Part shown: piece by piece, positions 29,100-43,185 of the stretch
Position numbering within the stretch: the first letter of the stretch is position 1
How the letters are laid out: each line of letters opens with the position of its first letter
NCBI GenBank assembly: GCA_017499595.2
Contig: CM039000.1
Span: 3,038,001 to 3,102,000, forward strand
Direction: 5' to 3'
DNA from: Psilocybe cubensis
Taxonomy: Eukaryota
Length of the DNA: 64,000 nt
Made by a program: the position numbers and the translations under genes
The notes under the pieces: model-generated
Told to the model about the DNA's origin: nothing
The model's database searches: none
The model's input: the letters and a program-made list of their open reading frames with translations, nothing else

Positions 29100-32000
29100 T
29101 CAACTCCAACCTCCACCTCCACCCCACACACTGCCGGGACGAGGAGGGTTCATATTGGGTGGAGGTCCACCCATAGGCGGGTGCGGGTGTTGACCATAAA
29201 CTGGAGGGCGGAGAGATGGTGTCTGATAACCGGCATATGACGTGGGTGGGGGTGGCATGTAGTTTGAAGGAGGCCCCTGAGTATGATGTGGAGGGACAAA
29301 GGGTGTGTGTGCGCCTCCATAAGGGTTGGGAGTACGACCTGGATTGCGAATTGACAAATGCCCTGGAGTGGCACCACCAATACGAGCAGGGGTTCGAGCA
29401 CCAGCACCATACGGTGTCTTTCCTCCTGCAGCTGCGGCCGCCACATTTTGTGATTCGTGGAGGTGTCTATCAAGAGCTTTAGTACGTTGTAGGAAGTGCA
29501 TGTGCATGATCATTACTCACCGTACTTTGAATGCATCGCACAACTCCGGTACCCCCACTGCAGGAGCATCAAACAGGTAGTATGCTTCAGGTGCAACTCG
29601 GATAGGCTGTAAATCAAAGTTAAGAATGGTTCATAAGTATTCGACCGAGGACAGCATTTACCCAGGTCTGAACAGTGGAGTTCTTGTTGGCCAAAAAGCA
29701 CAGGTTGAAGTGACCTGGCTTCTTTCTGTTAAGTGTAAAGCCGTACATACTCTTCGAAGGGTTAGCAGCCAAGAAGTTCTTCAAAAATATGTCTGTTCGC
29801 GAGTGTCAGTGCCATTTTTCTGCAGGAGAAAAGGGAAGTTGAAACTTACGCAGATCATCTTCCGAACCGTGCTTGAACTTTTCATGAGCCATCAGTTCTT
29901 CCACGCGACGGCTCATAGCCTGGACATGATTGACTATAAGTTCGTCCAAGTCAGAGTAGATGTGGTTCGCGTCGACAACAAGCTGTCCCCCGATTGTTTG
30001 GCCAGTAGGGTCGGCGTTCATTTCGGTAACATCTTAAGCTACATCAGAATGTGAACAGGAAATGACAGTCCACAGAACGCACCAATATGCTGGTAAAGTC
30101 TTTCGTCAACTTTCCATGTAACAGCAAGATGATTAATGCCTTTGGAAGATGGCCGAATTACAACATCTCCACGCTGTTGCTTTTCAAGGTACGCCTCAGC
30201 TTGGGCGGTATTGAAATTGTGGAAGTTGGGGTGTTTAATAACACGACGAGTTCGATCTGTTTCGGCCCGTTTCTTCCTGGCCAACATATCTTGATCCTTC
30301 TTATAATGAGTATCGTCCCAATAGCGTTGATCTGGCCGAACATTTCTGAATAGATAATCGCCTCCGTCTAAATCACCAGGCCGGGTCGAAAGACTGACCA
30401 AAAATTCATCTTGCCGTAGACGAAATATCAGGTCAATGACAATTCCAGTTATCGTTTGGCCTTTCTTCATTACATCTCTAGGTTTCCGACCCATCTCGGG
30501 AAGGAATTCAGTTGAGATGAATCCTTCAATACCAGAGTCAAGACGGACGCCGACCGAATCCGGAGTCGTGCGATATACTAGCGCTGAAACAATGAGCCCT
30601 ACACCAAGCGTCTTCGGCGTCTCTCCGCTGAGCATGGTGACTATGTCCCAATCTTTCGGAAGGAGGAACTTCTCCCTCTTTTCTCGGAAGGGCATAACAA
30701 GTTCTTCACGGATGACATCTAGAGTGTGCCGTTTTTGATCCTGATTGGCCTGGAACAAGCTGGTGGCAAACTCTCCCAGATTCAGTTCAGTCAGCTTCCT
30801 CTCCTTGTCGCCGTCATTCATGATTGAAGTAACTACTTGCGATGGGTGCTCATCGTGGATATCTTCTTCATCCAATTCGAGTGCATCTGTAGCCATCTTG
30901 CGAGCAAGTTCGTAATCCTCGGGATGAATGCGCGTATCATCGAGTGGGTCAGGGGCGTTTTCGTCATCAGGTCGATATTTTCCTGGCCTACTGTTGTCAC
31001 GATCCTGTATAACACGCAAAAACCCTGCTGCATTCAAGAATATTTTTGTAGTCAAGAGCCCGGCTTTGATAAATTGATCACGGTTCACAATGGTGCCTCC
31101 CTGTATACGTAGTAAGTAAAAAGCAAAGCAATTTAAGAATAACTTACTTGAGAAGCTATCTTCTTGACGAGCATCTGTGCTTTCCTAGGACCAAGACCAC
31201 AAACAAAGGGAAGTACATGCTGGTAATACGGGTCTGTCACAGCTCGGTTTATATCTACACCCACTTTGTTGGTCACATCGACGAGAACCTGTTCGAAGGC
31301 AGACAACAACTTTTCCTTCGGAATCTGCAAACAATTTGCATTAAACTGAGGATCAAAACACAAATTTACATACCAAGTTTTGACTTTCTTCGTCAAATGA
31401 GATAGCCGCTATGTCTGATCCTAAAGCGGCGAATTCATTGAGAGGGCTTTGTACATAGCGGGCTAGACCGACACAGTACTTGGCAGTTGGTGAGAGAGCA
31501 CTAAATTCATCCGCAGCCCTCTTGCTATGTTGATAAATGCGTGCAACGTCGTCGAACACATATATCGCAGGAATATTGAAACCCTCCTCTGTCGGTTGAG
31601 TCCATGCTTGTTCACCCGAATTAGGGTCACTAGGTGACCCAAGTATTTCCTTGACTCGATTCATAAGTTTCAGCGTGACGATGCTGAACCCACCGACAAC
31701 AGCAACGTCAGGTTTCCGCCTTGATACAAGGTCTTTGAACTCATCCAAGTTGTCTTGATCGTGAAGATTGTCGATTTTGGTATGTTCGCGCATTCTTCCG
31801 GCTTCATCGACATAGACCAAAGTAATAGCGTCCTTATGAGGGTCTCCTTTGCCCCAAGAAATAGCCAAAACAGAAGCTGTACCCTCGCCATACCTAGGTT
31901 CACGAGCAGTAGCATAAGGTGCAACATTAACCCGCTTTTATTTCATCAATATACGAATGAAATATCACTGTCATATGACGTACCTCCCGTAAACGTTCGC

Positions 32001-34429
32001 TGCATTTACTAGCCAAAAAGTCTTCCGCCTCCTCGCGAACATATTCTCGGGTCCACTTCACTCCAGCGGGTATCAAATGCTGTTCTAGAGTCTCATGGAC
32101 AACGAGCAGGCGTTCTGCATTCCACGCTTTGGCAGATTCACTGAAATTATCGGAGGCGAACGCATCACTGAGCCGCCGCTCAAAATCTGCCTTGACAGCA
32201 GGAGGGATAGAAATCGTAACTGTTACCAAATGTTCCGATTCTGCTGCTAGTATGAGCAAAAATTGCGGGGTGGTCAACATTTCGTCAATTGGCTTCTGCA
32301 ATAGATATTTGAAGTTCTACAGAGGATATGAGGTTTTCGATGATTTAGAATTCCATAATTACATACAAAATAAGGATGGCTCTCGTCGATTTTGGTAATG
32401 CCTCGTTCGGTAGGTTCGACGGAAACATGGGCATTTTCTTTGAAGATTTTGCGAATTTGGTTACGCAGAAGGGGATCTTTTCCTAGTTCAGTTGAGATTA
32501 TCATACGTGCTCGTCGAAGCAACTCCTCGGGAGCCAGAGCTTTGCTAGGATCAGGGTCAGAAAATTGCTCCGCAAACGCAACGGGGTGTAGTTCGGTGTC
32601 TTCAACAAAATGGGTATGTGTTTCGGCCAGGAGATTCAAGACAATATCGTGAGGTTTGATACCAAATCCCTATAAAATGATATGAATAAATTTAACAAAA
32701 CGGAAGCCCTGTAAAATACCTCGGCGAGCTTAGAAACAACGCTCTTTTTCGTGAGCTCATAAGCAGAAACTCGACTGGGCATTTTTCGTCTCTTTGCTGC
32801 CTCTGGCTCATCGTCGTCATGGAATCGAAAGTCGGAGATATAATCCGGCCTTTTATTCTTGTATTTCATATTGAGCCATTCAGTGGCATCAGCAACGAGT
32901 TCAACACTGTCAATTTGGGGAAGAATTTCCACTGTAAAGTAATCGTCGGTGACCTGCAATCTCTCGTACAGCGCTGTTAAAACGTGACGTCTCTCTAGAA
33001 GTGATCTATACTTTTGGCCGAGGTTGTAGATTTGCCAAAGTTCGGGGAGGCTGAGAAGATGCACGGAAGGCCCGCCGTTGGTATCGAAATGGGTTATATA
33101 GTCTTGTTTGTGGGCCCACGTGTAAGGAACCTCATATTCTTCTACAAAGATTTGGCGCAAAGCAAAGGTCACAGCCAGTACAAGGGCTCCTTGTAGCTGC
33201 TGATGACTACCATCGCTGCCGAAGTACTCTTTCTGTTTCTGGTGAGAAAGACGTGTGGTGACCCACATGGCAGCATCTCCAAGGTCCTCTTCTGTCAATC
33301 GAATATGAGTAGAGAGAGACGACGTTTCAGAAAGGGTGGAGGTGGCCAGCTGCATTCGTTCTGGAATATCTTGGACACGGATGAGGTCATCATCTTCAGT
33401 GAGCATTCGTTTTTTGATTTCTGATGGTTCGAACACCTGTAAAGAATGTAAATAAAAGAGAAGATATAACCAAAGAAAGAAGGCAACGGACATCTTGGTA
33501 CTTCATGTCTGGCTTATAACGGTCCTCTTCCAGGTCCGCTTCATCATCGCCGACCAAAGCCCAGTCATATTCGTGTCCATCGCCGAAAACTTCGTGGATT
33601 TCGTCCCAAGCACTGCAATGAATGTTAATAAATGCTACAAATTGAATATGGCAAGGAATCACATTGCATCAATTCCAACCAACTCCGGGCGCGCCCTTGC
33701 TCTTTTGCGTCGAGATTGTTCCTCTTTCTTCTCAAGCCTCCTAGCTTCGCGAGCCTCCTCATTCATAGCTGCACCCTCTTCATCTTCACTATAATCAATG
33801 AAATCCGACATATCCTCATCATCGTCTTCTCCACGACGATCATCGTCCCAAATCTTGCGAATATCAGGAACTTCGTGTGTGTCCTCATCGTTGTCGAGGT
33901 CATCTTCTGATGATTCTACAACTGCCCGACGCTTTGAAGAAGACGCGGCTGGTGGAGAATCTGAGTCGTGGCGACGAAGGCGGGTTAAGCGATTGGGTCT
34001 TTTATATGCAACTCCCGTATTCTCTTCCAATAGTTCCAAATCGTCATCTTCTAACGTCTCTTCTTCTGCTAAGGATGTTAATAAACACAACAAAATTGTT
34101 ATAGTAAAGCAGCGTCACTCACCACGGTGGTGTTTCTTTCTACGTTTTCTGCGCTTCCGACGAGGAGCCTCTTCCTCAGAGTCTTCTTCTTCTTCAGAAA
34201 CAATGAACCCGTCTCGAATTCTGCGTGCCTCTTCTTCGTCATCTTCCCCCTCCTCGGAACTGTCGTCTGATATTCCAGGCATGACTGCATCACCTTCACC
34301 TTCTTCTTCTTCGTCACCTGAGCCACGCATAGGATCATCATTGTCAGCTAAAGGATCGTGCGACGGTACTGTGTCAGGGTCTGGGGAAGACATGATGGAC
34401 GGTTGAGTTGAAAGTTGGTCCTGGTCCAT
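29100..34429 (-). CDS. SPT6: Transcription elongation factor / histone chaperone Spt6 (alternative start 34393)
   Basis: Acidic N-terminus, FEPSEIKKRMLTEDDDLIRVQDIPERMQL, GLARYVQSPLNE, GLGPRKA, LDDTRIHPEDYELARKMATDAL, SH2 region IRPSSKG...VTWKV. Confidence 0.96.
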
Positions 34430-34484
34430 TCTGACCGCTTAAAGTTTACGGTTAATGCTTACGTAAACCATTTCGCTCTATGTT

Positions 34485-35080
34485 ATGGACATCACTCATC
34501 TCGTATGTTGCACCTCTAACACTTTGTCTCGAATACTTACAGGTTTTAGGAAGAAAATACTACTTCGCACGTGAAATATCTTCAACTTGCCTTGGAAGAA
34601 GCAAGAAAATGTATTCCAATACCAACAGCTTTCTGTGTGGGATGCGTACTCGTTGTTTCATCTCCAAATGACAATATACCCCCAACAATACTTGCAACGG
34701 GTTATTCAAGAGAACTTCCTGGTAATACACATGCGGAAGCAAATGCTCTGGAAAAAGCCAGAAATCTGTCATCAAGTCAACTAAATGCCCTCTTTCCGAC
34801 AATCATGCCTGCCTCCCTTGATCAAGTGCTTTCATTGACGGACGTTTATACGACCCTTGAACCATGCTCGATCAGAACCTCAGGATTGGCACCTTGTGCA
34901 GATGCTCTCATAGCATCTAGAGTGAGGCGGTGCTTTATTGGGGTAGGAGAACCCGATGATTTTGTCAAGTGCGAAGGAGCCCAAAGGTTATTGAACGCAG
35001 GCATCAACGTTGTGTGGTTGCAGGAACTTCAAACCGACTGCCTTACCGTAGCGCGTCGCGGTCATGATGCACATGTATGA
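34485..35080 (+). CDS. RIB2: Zinc-dependent deaminase, probably the stand-alone riboflavin-pathway DRAP deaminase (Rib2 deaminase domain)
   Basis: AFCVGCVL, TGYSRELPGNTHAEANAL, YTTLEPCSIRTSGLAPC (HxE...PC...C). Probable first exon 34485-34502 with intron 34503-34549. Confidence 0.75.
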
Positions 35081-35148
35081 TAATTGCACAGTGCCACAGT
35101 CGAACTCTCAATATGCCCTTTATTGTGCTCATTTCTCATTTTAATACG

Positions 35149-38100
35149 TTACAAAATACCAAGACACCCTTCTACACTATTTGCCCAGCGGCGCATCAAA
35201 GCATCCGCCTGTGTAGCATCCATCATGTGAGGTGCAGCATCTATCGACATCATGACAGAGTCCATGCGCGTCAAGGTGGAAATATCAACCATGATATCAT
35301 CGTTCATGAGTTTGGTAATGTCCCATTCAATACCATAGATGTCGTCTTCCATAGTAACTGTTTCTGGTACAAAGTAAGGTGCCTATAGGAAGACATATAA
35401 GATTATCTGAGCGTGGTCTGCATATAATTGACAACTTACATAGACTGGTTCGATGATAGGATCTTGAGCATCGGTGTCTGGGGCCACTTTAACGATGTTG
35501 ACGAAAACATTACAGATGGGCTTGTTCTTAAGCCCAACCAATTCATTCAAATGGACTAAGTCACTTTGTTCGATGACTGATGTTCGTGTAGGGAGATGCG
35601 ACGATATCCATCTCGCAATTTGTAGGACGCTGCTTTGGTCGACATGTGGGACATGAAGGGGTAATACATTCATACAGGGAACGGCAAGGTTGGCAATGTC
35701 GTCGAGAGTACCAGTTCTTCCGGAGTGCCACACGCCGAAGGTCGATGACGAAGACGAAGATATACTTGCTTGCATGGATGCCCAGCAAGCTAGGAAGACA
35801 GACTGTAAAGAAAGACCTAAGATACGTGCACGTTCTTCGCATTTCTTAACGTTCGTTATACACTCCTGGTTAGTTCTGATGAGCCTTTCTTTAGAGTAGC
35901 ATTGTCTGGCTTTGGGATTGAGAGCGGGGAAAAGTGTCGGTTGGAATTGGGATGGGAAATGGCTTCTCCAATATTTCCGCTGTTCTTTTGATTGATCTGC
36001 TTTAATGGAATAAAATTCCAAAAATCCTTGCAGATTACTTGAAGTTGTTGGCTCTAAATCGCGATACAAACGTGACAAATCATGAAGTAACAATTGTAGA
36101 CTCCATGCATCGTATTGGAAATGGTGCAGATGTAGAATGAGGTAATAATGTTGAGTGGAATGGAAAAGAAGGGCACGGGATGGTGGTAATGCCAGAGATG
36201 GTGGATTTGATACCATATCTTTCATCCTGGATATGATAGACCGGAAGAATACCTCATCGGGGACATATTCTTCAGACCATGATCCACCAAAAGATTTAAA
36301 CGTCACCAAACGAGGTTCTTGGTATCCTTTGGCGAATGTGAACGTTGACCTTAATATCGGATGCCGCTGAAGGAGAGAGGACCAAGATTCTCTCATTTTG
36401 GCTATATCCAGATTTTTCGGGAGTTGGAAGGGAAAAACATGCTGGTATCTCGTTCTTAGGCTTTTCTGCCAAGCTCCGATGAGCCATTTCATTCCTGAGG
36501 ACACGACGGTGATGTTTTCGATATTCTGCGACAGGTCTCCGATTTGAGAAAGAATAACAGCCCTTTCTTTATCAGAGATAGCCATATTGACAAACGTTTT
36601 TGCGTCAACTGAGGTGGGTTTCAGCGGAGATGCTTTGGCAAGCATTTCACCAATCGTTTTACTGGCGATCACATCACTGGCAACGATCTTCATCCCATTC
36701 TGCCTGAACTTTCCCACTATCTGAATGGCCATGATAGAATCGACTCCGAGAGTAGAAAGAGGTGTTTCTGGCTGTATCAAGGACGACGGGGCATTGGTTA
36801 TACCCATAAGAATGGGTTTATATGCGAATGCAATTGGCGGTGTAGACGAGGGCATGGAGTCAGGGCCACAATCCTGGTCAAAATTTTGTTTATCGAAGCC
36901 ATCCTTTGATTTGATCTGGTTAGAGGATGCGTCTTCTGTAAGGATGATACCCTCCAATGCGGATGCATGAAGATTGTTCAAGATATCTAAGAGGAATGTT
37001 CGGAAATCGTCCACCAATAAATTAATATTCGTTTGATTGATAAACGAAGGATGTGATGCGCATCTGATAATAATATCAGAATCCCTGCGGATGATCTCCA
37101 CATTAAGAGGGTACTGATGAATGCAATTAGTTAAGTCTTTAGGAATTATAACAAATTTGACCAACTTGTACTTTGGCTTCATCGACAATTATCTCTTCGT
37201 CGAACGCCCAGGAAATCTTCGAATTACTGCCAGAGTAGCTGGCGGCTTGTTGGAACAAAAAGAGAGAATCCCAAAGATTCTCAACTCCTAGTACTTTCTG
37301 AATGGCTCGAGCAGAGGCTTGCTGCCATTGGAGAGCATCGAGGTTTGATTGGTGTATCGATTTTAGTAGTTCAATATTTCGAGCTTTCCCTTCGATTCGA
37401 ATGCAACATGGGATAGTGTTCTGTGAGAAATTATAAGGAAACGTTAGAAACATCATTCACTGGAAAAAAAAATTATAACTCGCCAAGACTGGCCCAATGA
37501 CATCCTCTGCTCCAGGAATGCTCCTACCCGAGATAGTGTGCCCGAAGACAATATCAGAAGACTTGGTATATTTACTTAACACTTTAGCCCACGCTGCCTG
37601 GCAGAGACATTGTATAGTTACGCATGCCTGTCTTAGAACTTCAGTGACCCGAGAAGAGTCTAACTCTATGATCTTTTCTACAGTTGCAGATGTATTTGCA
37701 GATGACGAAGGATGCAGTTGACGCAAGGGTTTCGGTTTATATAGTCGAACTCTATCAACCCAGAATGATGTCCCCTCTTGTTCGTGATGAAGGAATTGAG
37801 GTAAAAGTTCGTGGAACTGAACGACGGGTGGAATCGAAATATTGGAATATAGATGCTCCACAGCCTGCACTAGCTTTCCTATGGAGATTCCGTCGTACAA
37901 AGAGTGGTGTAATACTAGCACCAAAAACGAGAGAGGCTGGCTTGCAGAGCTCTTGATTTCGAAAAATCGAACCCAGAATGGAGGTCGAGTGAAACAAGTC
38001 TCGTCTCCAAGGTCTATGGAGGACAAGAATGATTTTAGTTCGCGTTGATAGTCTTGAGTCGATGCCACAGATATTGTTTCCCAGTCAAGAAGAGACGATG

Positions 38101-41100
38101 AATGAACCGCTTGTATCCACACGCCGGATTCAGTTGAAAAGTGGAAGGAAGTTCGTAAAATTGCGAAGGTCTCGACGGCCTTTTCCCATGCGTTGCGCAT
38201 TTTCTTAGCATCTACTGGACCAGTAATGCGTAATGGGAAAGAATGAATATATAATTGGCCATTTGAATTCACTGTCTGGAAACGCCATAGATGTCAGCCA
38301 AGTGATTCATAGATTCATAGAAGAAAAAAGGCGGACTGACTTGCGACAGCATTCCGGCTTGAAGAGCAGTGGTGGGGAAAAATTCAACGTCTTCCTTGCT
38401 CAGCTTTATGTCGTTGAAATTGGCTTCGGAGAGAACCGTTTGGCTTATATCGGGCATAGTAATAGCGGGGAGGTCATCTTTGAGTACTCGTTTATTTTCG
38501 ATGCAACTGGCCAATTCATTTAGAGTGGCGTTCCGTAAGATGTCTGTGGAGGTCATAGGAAAACCGTGCTTCGTCAAGAATTTTGCCAGGCCAACAGACT
38601 TGATAGAATCCAAGCCCATTGAAATTAGAGATATCGTGGGCGTTAGAATGAGTGGATTGAAACCCATGAAATCAGATATAATTGTACGAAGACCACGTAT
38701 CAACGCAGCATCAAGGCAGGAGTGATCGATTGTCGGACATTCATTTTCCTGTTCATTCCTTGGATTCTGAGAGGACCGCGGAAGGTGCTGGAGCGAGTGA
38801 AAAAGGTAGGGAGATGGATTATCTGCCAACGACTTAACGACATTCTCGAAATCGCACAGCCAGGTGTTGGGAGAGTCAGGGAGACCTTCATCCATCCAAC
38901 GAGCCTTTAGTGTAACAGAATCTGTAGATGGTTCGATCACAATCTCCACAGCAAGGGGATACTGAGTATACTAATGAGTCTTTGGCCGATAAAGAATCAA
39001 GTTAATTGCTCACATCGGCTTCAGGTGGCTCGCTTTCAATCACATCCCAGAGCTCACTTTGTGGTGACTCATTGACAGATACGGAAAACAACGCCTCAAA
39101 AAGGGCAACATTTGGGCGAATCCATCCCTGTATCTTTCCCAGTGGTATGTGTTCGTATTCGATCGTCGAACTGATGTCATCTTGAATTGCCTGCAGTAAC
39201 ATATGTTTCCCGCCAAAGTCCACTCTGACTGGGAGGATAGAAACCAAGGGACAGACTGTCTTCTCAATATAGTCAACCGGCAGCAAGCGGCCAGATCGTA
39301 GTACCTGTATCAGAGTAGAAACAATCAGTAAACAATTGATCGCGAAAACAGAAAAGACGGACTCCGAAGACGACATCCTTCTGTTTATACACTTTGCGAG
39401 CGAGAAGATGTCCAAAAGCACAAGTAAAAAGAGCCTGCATGGTGACACGCTGCGATGCGGCGAGTTTCTTGATCAATGATAGCGGCGATTTCAATGGCAA
39501 GGTGAGCTGCTGAGTGGTGTAGACACCTTTCGGATACAACATACTCAGGGGCCAAACATAATCAGTGAAATAGTTTTTCCAGAATGCCCGGGCCATGTCA
39601 TAGTCTACTGCAGTTATTTGCTGCAGAAGATCCGATATCGTAGCTGTAGGCGACAATTCAAGACCCAAATACGATCTTTCCACCTGTTCAAAAAGCATAG
39701 GAAGTGATATACCATCAAATAGTGCATGATGAATTGATAAAACGAGATAAATTCTGTCGTTTGCCTGGTATGCAGAAAGCCGATACGGAGAGACTGTAGA
39801 TATCGTTTCGTTGACTTGCTTTGCTATTAATGAGGCTTCCTGCGCCATGAAATACTGAGAAAAACTTGTATTTTGAGCGAGCATAAAAAGTTCTTTCTGC
39901 GACCAGTTCAAGCTGCAAGACTGTGGATTAAGAACGACTTGGCTCAAGGTCCGGCCAAAGTGGAATATGGTCCTGACAGTTATTTCGGTTCAATTGTAAG
40001 GTATAATTAAAGACGAGACCACGTACCGAAGAATTTGATTTCGATCTACGACGGTTTTCCATGCACGTTGAAGCAGAGGTATGGAGACAGCAGGTTTGCA
40101 AGAAATGATAACGTGCTGAACGTATAGGGTATTCTGGTCAGCCGATCTTGAGAGCACGCCTTCTTGGATAGTAAAAGGAGGCAAGACATTTTCAATGCTT
40201 TCTGCGATATAAGTCGAGTAGATTTCATCGATAGCAGGGATGTTAAATATTATGTCGCGTCGTGGTCTGTCAGCATCGACGGCAGTAGTAATGTATGATG
40301 CTATGTCTCTGATAGAAGGTGCCTTCATAACATTTGCAGCGGCTACCTTTACTTTGAAAACGTCCATTAGCTCGCTTGTGAATCGAATTACGCCCATGGA
40401 ATCTAAGCCACTTTCGAAAATATTGATGCCAGGGTGAGGGTTGTCGAATTTCATGGCGACATGGTTCTGGAGAACTTCGAATACCTTGATCTCCATATCC
40501 GTGCATGAGCGCGCTTCTTGGACTTCTTGTATGGCAGAAAGTCTGGCAATTTCTTCAACACCAAGTTTTTTGAAGAGTTCTATGAGTACTTTTGCATCGG
40601 TTTTGCCATTGGAGCTCAGAGGAAGCCAATTAAGAGGAATGAAATGACTAGGGCGCATATAGCTAGGGAGCTCAATTTCGCACTTGGCTTTTATTTTCTT
40701 GATGAAATCTGGAGGAGGGTCACAGAGGCTCGGCTTTTGGGATTTACGAGTCGAGATTGTTACGGTGTTATCCCATGTGAAGAATGAGACCAGCTGGTCC
40801 ACGTTGATGGCAGGATGCTTGGCGAGGACTGTTGTAGCATCGAGGGCTATTGTGTCTGTGGGAAGAATAGCTTTGCGAACGATGGCGGAGATTCCTTCGG
40901 ATTCAATGCGAACACCTCGTAATTTGATCTGTGTGTCAATCCTTCCAAGAATTTCAATTGTGCTGTCGGGCATCATCCCTAGAGGCAGAATCTAGGTATC
41001 CAGAACTTGTTAGAAAAAGAACAACTTACGGACTAAATCACCGGTTCTATAGGCCCAACACCCCTTCCGTGGCCATTCAAGAAAAACTTTACCAGTGATA

Positions 41101-43185
41101 TCTGGTCTGCCATGGTATCCGCGTCCGACCAATGGGCCCTCAACAACAAGTTCCCCAACGCCGCCTCTGAGAAGGATGTTCATATTAGGATCGACAACCT
41201 ACTCTATATTAATGACTTGAACAGTATAGAGCTAAACGAGACACATACATAACCTGATACATTAGCAAATGGTCGTCCAATGTTGGCCTTCGGTGTTCTT
41301 GAAGTCATATATCGAGCACAACATCCAATAGTGACTTCGCTCGGACCATAAAAGTTGGCGAGGCGGACATAGGGATGGTCTGCCCATTTATCGAGGATCT
41401 GAAGATTTTGATGAAGCGGAGTGAATAGTGATTTTCTCAAATAGATTCAAGGGACAATGACATACCGAATCGCTCATTTTCTCTCCACCACTGGCAATGT
41501 ACCTCAAGACAGTTTCTGATCCATCAGTCCCACTTTGTGAAGCATTCAATGTCGCCTCGATTAAGCTGGGAACGATGCCCAGGTGAGTGATGCCAAGTTT
41601 TTTAACATAACAAGGCAAATTTTCGAGAAGCTGAGTCCGGCGAGCACTCAACAGAGGCATACCCAATGCCAGGGGAACAATAGTTTCTCCTAGATGAACA
41701 TCAAAGGCAATCGCTAGAGAACATATTCAGCCGCTGAACTATCAGTTTCGAAGAAGATAAAGCACTGACAGGCAACGGCAAGATAACGTCCATTATGTAT
41801 GTTTTTCATACGAACGTCAGCAGCAGTGCTACTAAGGGCTAATATAGCCTGCGCTAGACCATGATGGGTGAGCAAACAGCCCTTAGGATTCCCAGTGGTT
41901 CCTTCGTAATAAGGGTTAGCGACGACGGTTCGGGGTATGCATAAATAAACATCTACCTGAAGTGTATAGAAGGTATGCAAGGCCATCTGATTTCATGCAA
42001 TTCAGATCTTCATCGCTTTCTTGCAGAATTTGAGATTGAGATACGTCGTCTTCTATATAGATAGTACGAGTGCCGAAAACGTCAGGAGATGCGATTTCAG
42101 ATGAAGTCAAAACAAAGGTAGCATTGGCATCTTTTGCGATATAGAGTTTACGCTCAAGAGGGAGTTCTGGATCAATCTTTGGAACACGTGTTTAGAGATA
42201 CTTTTTGGCTTAAAGACCAATAAGCGCTCACCGGAACGTAGCATCCACCTGCTCTCATGATGCCCATCATGGACGTATGGAAGTGAAGGTTTCTATCCAA
42301 ACATACCGCGATGCGATCTTCTGGTTGAAGGCCTAAACGTAATAACCACCGAGCCACCTGATTTGACTTTCTATGAAACTCGATATACGACATGTTTTCA
42401 TACGCAAATTCCGAGGAGTCTAGAGAGAGCTCCGGGTACCAACATACGGCTATCGCCAAAGGCATGTCTATGGCCCTTTGCGCAAGAAAATCCGGTGCGA
42501 AAGAGACAGCGGAGATGTGGGAGTACGATAGGGTAACATCTTCAACCGAGCCTCGTTCGAAAATGGACATTAAATCGGAAGTGAATGACGGTGTCGAAGC
42601 TAAAGATAATAACGGAGATTCTGAACCTTGTCGAATGAAACCGACGACCTGCAAAAGGACTTGAGTTGCTACTGTCGGGTGCATGGTCGCATTGGAGGCC
42701 GATAGGTGTATGATAGAGTCTTGGCTAGTGTAAGAAAATATAGGGGTGTCCTGGACATCTGGTGTTCTGAAGGATTGGTCAAATGTGCATAGCACGACAT
42801 AAGGGCACTGATTATCGTCCAACGAAAGGTGCCTCCGAGCGTTACTTAACGATAACGGCTCGTTCAATCCATTATGTACAGCATGATCAACTTTGACTTT
42901 TGCAGCCGCCCATGTATCGTCTTCATTCCACATTATTCTAACAAGGCTGATATTTCCATGGTGGCCCATCTTCACGGCAATAAGGACATCGGAAATGCCA
43001 CAATACACGCCGATGACACGGGCAATCGCGAGGAGAATTACTGAAGTATTGGTAGTTTCATTCTTGGAGATTCCATCCTCTGAGTGTGAGACGGGTTGAG
43101 AGGTAGTGTATGTATTTTTTGCAGGAGAGCGGTCTCCCGAAAGGTTTGGCCATTCTGCAAAGCTGTAGCCGTCCAGGGGTGACAT
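35149..43185 (-). CDS. NPS2: Siderophore nonribosomal peptide synthetase, A-T-C-T-C-T-C (basidiomycete type VI, CsNPS2/Cpf1-like)
   Basis: One A domain (YLLYTSGTTGNPKG, NFYGPSE, YRTGDL, GRIDTQIKLRGVRIE); three T-domain serines (FESGLDSM, ISMGLDSI, STLGVDSI); three C motifs (HHALFDG, HHSLYDG, HHFQYDA). Confidence 0.9.
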
